Of a stretch of 35,301 nt of DNA, positions 1 through 7,715 are shown one piece after another. The DNA is from Gemmatimonadota bacterium. Lineage in GTDB: Bacteria > Gemmatimonadota > Gemmatimonadetes > Longimicrobiales > RSA9. Both the position numbers and the translations under genes were made by a program. The notes beneath the pieces are model-generated. The model had not been told where the DNA came from. It saw only the letters and a program-made list of their open reading frames with translations, and made no database searches. The stretch covers positions 1-35,301 of the forward strand of contig JADGGV010000003.1 of assembly GCA_019689775.1 (NCBI GenBank). Direction: 5' to 3'. The stretch's first letter is position 1; each line of letters starts with the position of its first letter.

Positions 1-454
1 CCTCCGCACCCCGCACCACCTTCACCACCGCCGGGTCGCGCCACGCCTCCAACGTCCGGACCGGGCTCGCCACCGTCCCCACGTCGAAGCGCCCCACCCG
101 CTCCGCCGCCGCCATCACCTGCGACGCCGTGACGAACGGCTCGTCCCCCTGCACGTTCACCACCACGTCGTAGCCCGCGAACTCGGAGCGGGCGGCGATC
201 TCCGCCGCCCGCTCGGTCCCCGACGTGTGATCGGGCGACGTGAGCGCCACCTCCGCTCCCATCGCCCGACACGCCGCCACCACATCCTCGCTATCGGTCG
301 CCACCACCACCCGATCCAGTCCGGCAATGCCTCGCACCCGCCGCCATACCCACTCGACGAGCGGCCGGCCCGCCAGCGGGTAGAGCGGCTTACGCGGCAG
401 CCGCTCCGACCCGAGTCGGGCCGGGATCACGCAGAGGATCCGTCGCGCGGACAT
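1..454 (-). CDS. kdsB: 3-deoxy-manno-octulosonate cytidylyltransferase (CMP-Kdo synthetase), 3' end runs off the window
   Basis: Not in the ORF track; I translated it by hand from ATG at 454: MSARRILCVIPARLGSERLPRKPLYPLAGRPL...VVATD...HTSGTER...VVNVQGDEP. These are the hallmark KdsB motifs. Confidence 0.93.
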   Translation of the reverse strand, partial: MSARRILCVIPARLGSERLPRKPLYPLAGRPLVEWVWRRVRGIAGLDRVVVATDSEDVVAACRAMGAEVALTSPDHTSGTERAAEIAARSEFAGYDVVVNVQGDEPFVTASQVMAAAERVGRFDVGTVASPVRTLEAWRDPAVVKVVRGAE

Positions 455-507
455 GAAGCCGGATTGTCGCCCAAAACCGCGTCACACCTTGCAATTTTCA
501 CGCCGAC

Positions 508-536
508 AATCTAACGCCGCCGTCCGGCGGTGTCAA
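508..536 (-). promoter_or_regulatory. sigma70-type promoter for kdsB
   Basis: Minus strand TTGACA (536-531), 17-nt spacer, TAGATT (513-508), about 55 nt upstream of the kdsB ATG. Confidence 0.7.
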
Positions 537-2049
537 AGCGCGAGAAGGGCCAACGCCGGCCGCCACGGCTCGCCGAGAGCCCCACGTTGACCTCGAAGTC
601 GCGGCCGGCGTGGGCCGGGTTCGTGACCGCCCGCAGCGAGAAGCCGAAGAACCGGAGCTCGACGCCGACGTTCTGCTCGAGGGCCCGCGCGGAGTCCCGC
701 GTCCAGGCCATGCCGGCGGTGTGGAGGAAGACGAGGTCGGGCGCGCCGATGATCGGCAGGCGCAGTCGGTCGGGGAGCGGGATCACGTAGCGCGTCTCGA
801 CGAAGACGAGCCGGTCGCCGGTGAACTCGGCGATGTCGAACGTGTAGAGCGTGCCGCTCCCGCCGACGAAGCTCCAGCGCTGCCGCGGCAGGGAGTCGGT
901 GCCGGCGAGCGGGCCCTGGGCGCGCCAGTAGATCTGGAGCGCGTGGTCCGCGATGGCGGCCATCGACCAGTCGCCCCAGATCAGGTAGCGGCCGAACGCG
1001 AAGTCGCCGCCCCCGACGTGGCCGGCGACGTCGGTCCGCGCGCCGATCTCGGCAGCCGCGCTCCGCCCCACCCACGTCACGTCGGCGCCCGCGCCCACGC
1101 TCGCGATCGTGCCCGGGTCGATCGGCGGGTTGAACCGGAGCGAGTCGCCGAGCAGGTGCCAGGGATCGCCGGTGGCCAGCGAGCGGGCCACCTCGCGCTC
1201 GCCGAGGAGCGCGACCTCGCCGCTCCAGCCGCCGCTCGCGAAGCGGGCTCCGGCGCGCGCGAACCAGCGCTCCGCCTCGTAGTAGTTGCGGTAGTCCTTG
1301 CCGTTGTAGAGGACGCCGAGGGAGTTCTTGAAGTCGCTGCGGATCCAGGCGTCGTTCGTGGCGGTGACCTCCTCGTGGCCGATCGTGAGGAAGCCGGGCC
1401 CGCGCCGGCCGGTCAGCTCCGCCAGGTGCGTCAGCCCGCCGACCTCCGTGCGGTAGCCGGCCTGCCCGCGCAGCATGATGGAATCGGTGCCGAGCCGCGG
1501 CAGGCGCAGCCGCCCGCCCGCCCGGAGCCAGAGCCCGTCGACGCGGTCGTACGTCGGGAGCACCACCCCGCCAACGCCGTCGGGCTGGAAGACCGGCAGC
1601 CTGGGCGAGCGGCCCACGATCGCGACGACGCCCTCGCTCCGGCTGATGTCGTATTCGGCCAGCGGGCGGTCGACGATGTCGCCCTGGAGCCGCGCTTGCT
1701 CGGAGCTGTAGAGCCCGCCGCCGGCGTTGACGACGTCGCCCGTGACCGTCGCGGACGGGCGCAGGAACAGGTTCGACGAGACGCCGACGAGGTCGCCGCG
1801 GACCGTGCCGTCCAGCCGCAGCGTCGCGCCGGCCACGAGGACGCTGCGTCCCACGGTGTCGCCGCGGGGGATCGTCGTGTCGTGCGTGATCAGGAGGTAG
1901 CCGCCCCGCCGCAGCAGCGCCGAGACCCGGCGGTCGGCGGTCGGATCCGAGCGCCCGCTGAGCGTGACGCGCTGGCCCGCGAGCGGCGAGGCCGCGATCC
2001 CGAGCAGGAGGAGACCGGCGGCGGATCGGATGCGGAGGACGCGTGTCAC
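511..2049 (-). CDS. Predicted exported/outer-membrane protein: signal peptide, bactofilin-like (polymer-forming) beta-repeats, C-terminal beta-barrel-like region
   Basis: Likely start is GTG at 2049 (GTGA overlap with the trpG stop), giving 512 aa. Signal peptide [25 protein letters not shown]|Q; repeats such as [20 protein letters not shown] and ARLQGDIV; a YDRVDG motif; alternating aromatic/Gly amphipathic strands in the C-terminal two thirds. Confidence 0.65.
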   Translation of the reverse strand: MTRVLRIRSAAGLLLLGIAASPLAGQRVTLSGRSDPTADRRVSALLRRGGYLLITHDTTIPRGDTVGRSVLVAGATLRLDGTVRGDLVGVSSNLFLRPSATVTGDVVNAGGGLYSSEQARLQGDIVDRPLAEYDISRSEGVVAIVGRSPRLPVFQPDGVGGVVLPTYDRVDGLWLRAGGRLRLPRLGTDSIMLRGQAGYRTEVGGLTHLAELTGRRGPGFLTIGHEEVTATNDAWIRSDFKNSLGVLYNGKDYRNYYEAERWFARAGARFASGGWSGEVALLGEREVARSLATGDPWHLLGDSLRFNPPIDPGTIASVGAGADVTWVGRSAAAEIGARTDVAGHVGGGDFAFGRYLIWGDWSMAAIADHALQIYWRAQGPLAGTDSLPRQRWSFVGGSGTLYTFDIAEFTGDRLVFVETRYVIPLPDRLRLPIIGAPDLVFLHTAGMAWTRDSARALEQNVGVELRFFGFSLRAVTNPAHAGRDFEVNVGLSASRGGRRWPFSRFDTAGRRR

Positions 2050-2630
2050 GCGGCGGGGAGCGCGAGGAAGTTCGCGAGCAGCGCCTTCCCCCCCTCGCTG
2101 GCGATGGACTCGGGGTGGAACTGCACGCCCCACACGGGGTGCTCGCGGTGCCGGACCGCCTGGATCTCGTCCGTCCAGCCGGCCTCGTCCGTCCAGGCGA
2201 TCGGCTCGAGCGCGGCCGGCAGACGCTCCGCGTCGATCACGAGCGAATGGTAGCGCGTCACGCGCAGCGGTGAGGGAAGCCCCTCGAAGATCCCGACGCC
2301 GGTGTGCCGCACCGGCGAGAGCTTCCCGTGCATGGTCCGGCGCGCGCGGACCACGCGCCCGCCGTACGCCTCGCCGATCGCCTGGTGGCCAAGGCACACG
2401 CCCAACGTCGGCGTGCTCGGGCCGAAACGGCGCACGACGTCCACGCTGATCCCGGCCTCCGCCGGCGTGCACGGACCGGGCGAGATGACGATGCGCTCCG
2501 GGCGCAGGTCGGCGATCTCCGCGAGCGAGATCTCGTCGTTGCGGCGCACGAGCGGCTCCGCCCCCAGCTCCCCGAGGAACTGCACGAGATTCCAGGTAAA
2601 GGAATCGTAGTTATCGATAACCAGCAGCAC
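2046..2630 (-). CDS. trpG: Anthranilate/aminodeoxychorismate synthase component II (class I glutamine amidotransferase, TrpG/PabA)
   Basis: [23 protein letters not shown] (catalytic Cys), [13 protein letters not shown] (His-Glu). TrpG and PabA cannot be separated from sequence alone. Confidence 0.9.
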   Translation of the reverse strand: MLLVIDNYDSFTWNLVQFLGELGAEPLVRRNDEISLAEIADLRPERIVISPGPCTPAEAGISVDVVRRFGPSTPTLGVCLGHQAIGEAYGGRVVRARRTMHGKLSPVRHTGVGIFEGLPSPLRVTRYHSLVIDAERLPAALEPIAWTDEAGWTDEIQAVRHREHPVWGVQFHPESIASEGGKALLANFLALPAA

Positions 2631-2681
2631 GTGTTCCGCCGTTCATGCACGGGTCTCGTTCCGCGCCTCCCGCCGGGCGGG

Positions 2682-2721
2682 AACGTAAGGGGGCTCCCGG
2701 CGCGGAACAAGTGCCGTGCCA
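2682..2721 (-). promoter_or_regulatory. Putative promoter(s) of trpG: a sigma70-like element overlapped by a sigma54-like element
   Basis: TTGTTC (2710-2705), 17 nt, TACGTT (2687-2682). Also TGGCACG-GCAC-TTGT (2721-2707), against the sigma54 consensus TGGCACG-N4-TTGC. Confidence 0.4.
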
Positions 2722-2909
2722 CCGGGCGCCCACCGCCGCGGCGGCGCACGGCCGGCCAGGCGACGACGGCGCGCTGCGGTCGACACCACGACGGCGCACC
2801 GCGCTCGCCGTCGCCGCGGCGCATCGCGGCCCCGGCCCGGGGCGGCGCGTCGCGGCCGTCCGCCATCGGGCCCGGGGCGGCTGCCGGCGCGCCCCCGACC
2901 GCCCGCACG

Positions 2910-3794
2910 CTACCCCCGCGGATGGAACTGCCGATGCACCTCGCGCAGGTACTCCCGGTCGATGTGCGTGTAGATCTGCGTCGTCGAGATGTCGGCGTGG
3001 CCGAGCATCTCCTGCACCGCGGCGAGGTCGGCGCCGCCCTCGAGGAGGTGCGTGGCGAAGGAGTGCCGGAGCGTGTGCGGGGTGACGCGCTTGCGGATCC
3101 CGGCGCGCCGGACGTGCCTGCGCAGGATCTTCCACACGCCCATGCGCGAGAGGGGCGTGCCGGCGGCGTTCAGGAAGACGATCCCGCGGCCAGCGCCGCG
3201 GTCGAGCGTGGGGCGAAGCTCGCGAAGATAGAGCGAGACGGCGCGCGCGGCGCTCCGGCCAATGGGCACGAGCCGCTCCTTCGCGCCCTTCCCGACGACG
3301 GTGGCGAAGCCCTCCTCGAGGGCCAGGTCGCGGATGCGCAGCGCGGTCAGCTCGCTCACCCGCACCCCGGAGGCGTAGGCGAACTCCAGGAGAGCCTTGT
3401 CGCGCCAGTAGAGGCGGTCCGTCACCTCCGGCGCCTCGAGCAGCCGCTCGACCTCGTCGCGGGCGAGCACGCCGGGCAGGCGGCGCCAGGTCTTCGGCAG
3501 CTCGAGGTTCTCGCTCGGGTCCGTGACGACGATCCCCTCCGCCAGCAGGAACGCGAAGTAGGTGCGCACCGCGGAGATGTTCCTGCGGATCGAGCTCGGC
3601 TGCAACCCGAGGTCCTTCAGGTAGTAGACGAACTCGCGGAGGTCGCCGGCGGAGGCTTCGCCCGGGCGGCCGAGCCCGCGCCCCTGGAGGAAGTCGACGA
3701 GGCGGGCCAGGTCCCGGCCGTAGGCGTCGAGCGTGCGGGGAGAGAGCCCGCGCTCGACCGCGAGGTGGTCGGTGAACGCGTCGAGCTGGAACAT
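2910..3794 (-). CDS. xerD: Site-specific tyrosine recombinase XerD
   Basis: Start ATG at 3794 (TGATG overlap with dedA), 294 aa. [63 protein letters not shown] and terminal FHPRG; the R-K-H-R-H-Y catalytic set is intact. Confidence 0.93.
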   Translation of the reverse strand: MFQLDAFTDHLAVERGLSPRTLDAYGRDLARLVDFLQGRGLGRPGEASAGDLREFVYYLKDLGLQPSSIRRNISAVRTYFAFLLAEGIVVTDPSENLELPKTWRRLPGVLARDEVERLLEAPEVTDRLYWRDKALLEFAYASGVRVSELTALRIRDLALEEGFATVVGKGAKERLVPIGRSAARAVSLYLRELRPTLDRGAGRGIVFLNAAGTPLSRMGVWKILRRHVRRAGIRKRVTPHTLRHSFATHLLEGGADLAAVQEMLGHADISTTQIYTHIDREYLREVHRQFHPRG

Positions 3795-4402
3795 CAGCGC
3801 TTGGCCCGCCGGGATCGCCACCACCAGGCCAGCACGACGAGCGCGAGGCCGAGCGCGATCCACAGCAGGACGCGGTTGATCCGGCCGAACGCGTCCAGGA
3901 TCGACCGCCAGTTCGCGCCGGCCGTGTGGCCGAGGTAGACGAGGAGCCCGTACCAGAGCGCCGACGCCGTCACGATCGGCACGGCGACGCGGCGCGGCGC
4001 CACCTCGCTGACGCCCGCGAAGACCGGCACGACGGCGCGGAACGCTGGCAAGAACCGGCTGATGAAGATGGCGAACACCCCCCAGCGGCGGTAGAAGCGT
4101 CCCACCTTCTGCAACTGGTCGGGATGGAGGATCCACTGCCCGAGGCGCGTGCGGAACGCCTGTTCGCCGTACCGGCGGGCGACGAGGTAGACCACCATCG
4201 CGGAGGCGGCGTTCGGCACCAGGACCACGAGCCAGACCAGCCACGGATTGGCCTGCCCACGGGCCGACAGGAATGCGCCGAAGAGCACGACCGTGTCCGC
4301 CGGGACCGGCGGAACGATGTTCTCGAGGGCGCCGCCGACGCCGAGCACGAGGTAGGTCACGAGCGGCGGCAGCGCCGCCAGCCGGTCCAGGATCCCGTCG
4401 AT
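3794..4402 (-). CDS. dedA: DedA family (SNARE-associated/VTT) membrane protein
   Basis: [42 protein letters not shown]. The first canonical start is GTG at 4360, but an SD-preceded in-frame ATC at 4402 may be the real start (see findings). Confidence 0.85.
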   Translation of the reverse strand: MDGILDRLAALPPLVTYLVLGVGGALENIVPPVPADTVVLFGAFLSARGQANPWLVWLVVLVPNAASAMVVYLVARRYGEQAFRTRLGQWILHPDQLQKVGRFYRRWGVFAIFISRFLPAFRAVVPVFAGVSEVAPRRVAVPIVTASALWYGLLVYLGHTAGANWRSILDAFGRINRVLLWIALGLALVVLAWWWRSRRAKR

Positions 4403-4417
4403 GGCGCCCTCCGGGTG

Positions 4418-4903
4418 TCACGCCGAGGGGTCGGCTGGCTCGAGCGACGCCACCGCGATCGCGGCGACCCCCTCGCCGCGGCCGATCCAGCCCATCCCCT
4501 CGTTCGTCTTCCCTTTCACCGATACACGGTCCGGGCCGACGCCAAGCGCCAGGGCGAGCCGCCGTCGCATCGCGGCCACGTGCGGCCCGACCCGCGGCGC
4601 CTCGCACACGATGGTGACATCCACGTTCCCGACCCGGAGCCCCGCCCCACGCACCAGCTCGGCCGCGCGCGCCAGCAGCGCGATCGAGTCCGCGTCGCGC
4701 CAGCGCTCGTCGCTCGGCGGGAAATGCGTGCCGATGTCCCCCAGCCCGGCGGCGCCGAGCACCGCGTCCGTCACCGCGTGGGCGACGGCGTCCGCGTCCG
4801 AGTGGCCGGCGAGCCCGACCTCGTGGGGAATCTCCACGCCCCCCAGGACGAGGCGGCGCCCGACGGCGAAGCGGTGCGAGTCGTAGCCGATGCCGATGCG
4901 CAT
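4418..4903 (-). CDS. ispF: 2-C-methyl-D-erythritol 2,4-cyclodiphosphate synthase
   Basis: MRIGIGYDSH, LGGVEIP, GHSDADAVAHAVTDA, GDIGTHFP, VSVKGKTNEGMG; ATG at 4903. Confidence 0.95.
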   Translation of the reverse strand: MRIGIGYDSHRFAVGRRLVLGGVEIPHEVGLAGHSDADAVAHAVTDAVLGAAGLGDIGTHFPPSDERWRDADSIALLARAAELVRGAGLRVGNVDVTIVCEAPRVGPHVAAMRRRLALALGVGPDRVSVKGKTNEGMGWIGRGEGVAAIAVASLEPADPSA

Positions 4904-4976
4904 GGTGGGTGGCGTTCGGTGGTGGTCACGCGCGGCCGGACGGACCGCCGGCACCGCACCCCGGCGCCGACACGGA

Positions 4977-5009
4977 ACCTGCCCGGGACGCCTCGCGCCC
5001 CGGGCAGGT
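4977..5009 (-). repeat. Inverted repeat/hairpin between mqnC and ispF
   Basis: ACCTGCCCGGG (4977-4987) and CCCGGGCAGGT (4999-5009) form a perfect 11-bp stem, extendable by about 4 pairs on the minus strand. No U tract follows. Confidence 0.6.
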
Positions 5010-5047
5010 GAGGTCGGGCCGCCGGCTCGACCGGCCGCCGCGCGGCG

Positions 5048-6325
5048 TCAGGCCGCCTCGGCCGTGCCCCGCCACGCGCAGCAGGGGCAGCCGGCGTCGC
5101 CCTCGTGCCACTCCGTGTAGTCCTGGTAGCGGCGCTGCGGCTGGAGCCCGGCCTCGGTGATGATCCGCCGGATCTCCGCCTCCGGCATGATGTAGTCGAT
5201 GCCCGCCGCGCTCACCACGTTCTCCTCGATCATGAGCGAGCCGAAGTCGTTCGCGCCCATCCGCAGCGCGAGCTGCGCCATCTTCGGGCCCTGCGTGACG
5301 TACGAGACCTGGAGGTTGTCGAAGTTGTCGAGGACGAGCCGCGAGAGCGCCGTGATGCGCAGGTAGTCCATCCCGGTACCCAGCGGGATGTCCCAGTTGC
5401 GCATCTCGGTGTGGAGCGGCTGGAACGACCAGGCGATGAACGCCGTGTAGCGACCCCGGCCCCGCTTCAGGCTGCGCGCCTGCGAGGCGCGGAGCTTCAG
5501 CAGGTGCTCGAGGCGATCCTCCCACGTCTCCCCGACGCCGTACATCATCGTCGCCGTCGTGTGCAGCCCGACCTCGTGCGCCGCCTCGTGGATCTCGAGC
5601 CAGCGGCTCGCGTCGAGCTTCTTCGGCGCGATGACGTCCCGGACCGCGTCCACGAGGATCTCGGCCCCCGCGCCCGGGATCGAATCGAGCCCGGCCTGGT
5701 GCAACTGCCGGATCACCTCGTCCAGCGGCAGCTTCGTGATCCGCGTCATCAGCTCGATCTCGGACGCACTGAAGCCGTGCACGTGGATCGGATGGCGCTC
5801 CTTGATGTAGCGCAGCAGCCCGAGGTACCAGTCGAACGGGAGGTACGGGTTGTGCCCGCCCTGCATCAGGATCTGCACCGCGCCGAGCGCCTTCGCCTCG
5901 TCGATCTTGGCGCCGATCTCCTCGTAGCTCAACACGTACCCCTCGCCGTCCTTCGGACGACGGTAGAACGCGCAGAACTTGCAGTCCGTGATGCAGGTGT
6001 TCGTGTAGTTGATGTTCCGGTCGACGATGTAGCTCACCACGCCGTCCGGATGCTTCTCGCGCCGCACCGCGTCCGCCCGCGCCGCCAGCTCCAGGAACGG
6101 CGTCCGCCTCAGCTCCTCGAGCCAGTGCGCGATCTCGTCGGCGTGCGGCCGGCTCTCGAGCGGCGGTGGCACGTACACCGGCTGCTCCGCCGGGCGAGCC
6201 ATGCCGACCGAGCCCGTCGGCGTCGGCTCCCGGAGCCGCGGCGAGACCGTGGACAGGATCGGCAGCGCACGCTGCTCCGGCGGCACCGGACGCGGTCCCA
6301 TTCGGGGGCTCCCTTCAGCGGCCAT
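5048..6325 (-). CDS. mqnC: Cyclic dehypoxanthine futalosine synthase (radical SAM, CofH/MqnC family)
   Basis: SYIVDRNINYTNTCITDCKFCAF (CX3CX2C), ILMQGG, SIPGAGAEIL, TTATMMYG, AFIAWSFQP, GANDFGSLMIEENVVSAAG. Start is ATG 6325 or GTG 6334 (GTGA overlap with mqnE), not 7312. Confidence 0.88.
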   Translation of the reverse strand: MAAEGSPRMGPRPVPPEQRALPILSTVSPRLREPTPTGSVGMARPAEQPVYVPPPLESRPHADEIAHWLEELRRTPFLELAARADAVRREKHPDGVVSYIVDRNINYTNTCITDCKFCAFYRRPKDGEGYVLSYEEIGAKIDEAKALGAVQILMQGGHNPYLPFDWYLGLLRYIKERHPIHVHGFSASEIELMTRITKLPLDEVIRQLHQAGLDSIPGAGAEILVDAVRDVIAPKKLDASRWLEIHEAAHEVGLHTTATMMYGVGETWEDRLEHLLKLRASQARSLKRGRGRYTAFIAWSFQPLHTEMRNWDIPLGTGMDYLRITALSRLVLDNFDNLQVSYVTQGPKMAQLALRMGANDFGSLMIEENVVSAAGIDYIMPEAEIRRIITEAGLQPQRRYQDYTEWHEGDAGCPCCAWRGTAEAA

Positions 6326-6330
6326 GGCGC

Positions 6331-7470
6331 TCACCACTCCCGCAGCTCGCGGTAGTGCGCATCCCGCTCCACCGGGCGCTTGCCGGCATCCTTGATGATC
6401 CGGATGATCTCCTGGAACGTCAGTCCCTGCGGCGTGTGCGCGCCCGCCTCGTGGTAGATCTTCTCCCGCACGACCGTCCCCTCGAGATCGTCCACGCCGA
6501 AGTGCAGCGCCACCTGGCTCACCTTCGGCGTGTTCATGATCCAGTGCGTCTTGATGTGGTCGAAGTTGTCGAGGAACAGACGCCCGACCGCAAGGTTTTT
6601 CAGGTCGTCCACGCCGGTCGTCGCCGTCCCCGTCCGCCCGAGCCGCTCGCCCAGCTCGTTGTTGTCGGGGTGATACGCCAGCGGGATGTACGTCAGGAAG
6701 CCGCCGGTCTCGTCCTGGAGCTCGCGCAGCATCGCCAGGTGCTCGACCCGGTCCCGGTACGTCTCCACGTGCCCGTAGAGCATCGTGCAGTTCGTGCGGA
6801 TGCCGAGACCGTGCGCCACCCGGTGGACCTCCAGCCACTCCTCCGCCGCGAGCTTTCGCTCGGCGATCGTCGCCCGCACCCCGCGCGAGAAGACCTCGGC
6901 CCCGCCGCCCGGCATCGTGTCGAGCCCCGCCGCCTTCAGCCGCGACAGCACGTCCGCGTACGTCGTCTTCTCGATCCGCGCCAGGTTGGCGATCTCCACC
7001 GCGGTCAGCGCCTTGATCTCGACGCCCGGGTGCCGCGCCTTCAACCCCCGGATCAGCTCCTCGTAGTACTCGAGCCGCAGCTTCGGGTGCAACCCGCCGA
7101 CGATGTGAAACTCCCGGATCGGCGTGTCCTTGATGATGTCCCCCTCCGCGATCGCCTCCTCGACGCTCATCGTGTACGCCCCCTCCTCCTTCGGCATCCG
7201 GGCAAAGGAGCAGAAGACGCACGTGTTGCGGAGGATGCAGACGTTCGTCGGATTGATGTGCTGGTTCGCCACGAAGAAGATGCGATCCCCGTTCTTCCGT
7301 CGGTTGGCCCAATCGGCCATCGCGCCGATGGCGAGGAGGTCGTGGGACTCGAACAGGGCGACCCCGTCTTCCACGTCGAGCCGCACGCCGGCGACGACCT
7401 TCTCGGCGATCGGCTCGAGGCGGGGGTCGGTCGGTCGAATGACCAGTTCTTCGGTGAACGCCGGGTACAT
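6331..7470 (-). CDS. mqnE: Aminofutalosine synthase (radical SAM, CofH/MqnE family)
   Basis: NQHINPTNVC, EFHIVGGLHP, IKALTAVEI, MPGGGAEVF, NCTMLYGHVE, LRELQDETGGF, IPLAYHPDN, DNFDHIK, GTVVREKIYHEAGA; ATG at 7470. Confidence 0.9.
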   Translation of the reverse strand: MYPAFTEELVIRPTDPRLEPIAEKVVAGVRLDVEDGVALFESHDLLAIGAMADWANRRKNGDRIFFVANQHINPTNVCILRNTCVFCSFARMPKEEGAYTMSVEEAIAEGDIIKDTPIREFHIVGGLHPKLRLEYYEELIRGLKARHPGVEIKALTAVEIANLARIEKTTYADVLSRLKAAGLDTMPGGGAEVFSRGVRATIAERKLAAEEWLEVHRVAHGLGIRTNCTMLYGHVETYRDRVEHLAMLRELQDETGGFLTYIPLAYHPDNNELGERLGRTGTATTGVDDLKNLAVGRLFLDNFDHIKTHWIMNTPKVSQVALHFGVDDLEGTVVREKIYHEAGAHTPQGLTFQEIIRIIKDAGKRPVERDAHYRELREW

Positions 7471-7519
7471 GAACGAATTCCGGCTAAAGGTCTCGGCTAC
7501 GGTCCGTGTTGCGGCGGGA

Positions 7520-7548
7520 AGAATAGGCCAGTGGCCCGGCGCGGGCAA
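7520..7548 (-). promoter_or_regulatory. sigma70-type promoter for the mqnE-mqnC-ispF-dedA-xerD unit
   Basis: TTGCCC (7548-7543), 17 nt, TATTCT (7525-7520), about 50 nt upstream of the mqnE ATG. Confidence 0.55.
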
Positions 7549-7693
7549 GGAAGGATGTCGCGCCCCGCCGGCCTCGCGCCCGCAGGCGCCGGCCTCGATG
7601 CGCCCCGCCGGACCGGCCGAGGTGCGCCCCGCGGGCGCCCGAGGGGGGCGGGTCCGTGGTCTTCGGCCCCACCGCAGGACGCGAATGCGACGA

Positions 7694-7715
7694 GGGCCCG
7701 GCCATGGCCGGGCCC
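7694..7715. terminator. Perfect 22-bp palindrome downstream of fabF; possible terminator or stabilising hairpin
   Basis: GGGCCCGGCCATGGCCGGGCCC is its own reverse complement and lies about 35 nt after the fabF stop. It lacks a canonical U tract. Confidence 0.45.

Noticed and set aside
2910-3794. Tyrosine recombinase as a prophage or island integrase
   Set aside because: It has XerD-specific motifs and housekeeping neighbours. I saw no att-like repeats, tRNA, cargo genes, compositional shift or dif-like site.
4977-5050. Selenocysteine recoding of the mqnC UGA by the downstream hairpin
   Set aside because: The UGA is not at a conserved Cys position, the hairpin is farther away than a typical bacterial SECIS, and the downstream frame looks non-coding.
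5048-7312. Apparent 754-aa MqnC or an FbiC-like double radical-SAM fusion
   Set aside because: The N-terminal part is an off-frame reading of mqnE. The two genes are separate, with their own stop and start at 6331-6334. The same over-extension applies to the track's ORFs 511-2472, 2910-4607, 9318-10865, 10996-12204 and 18199-21099.
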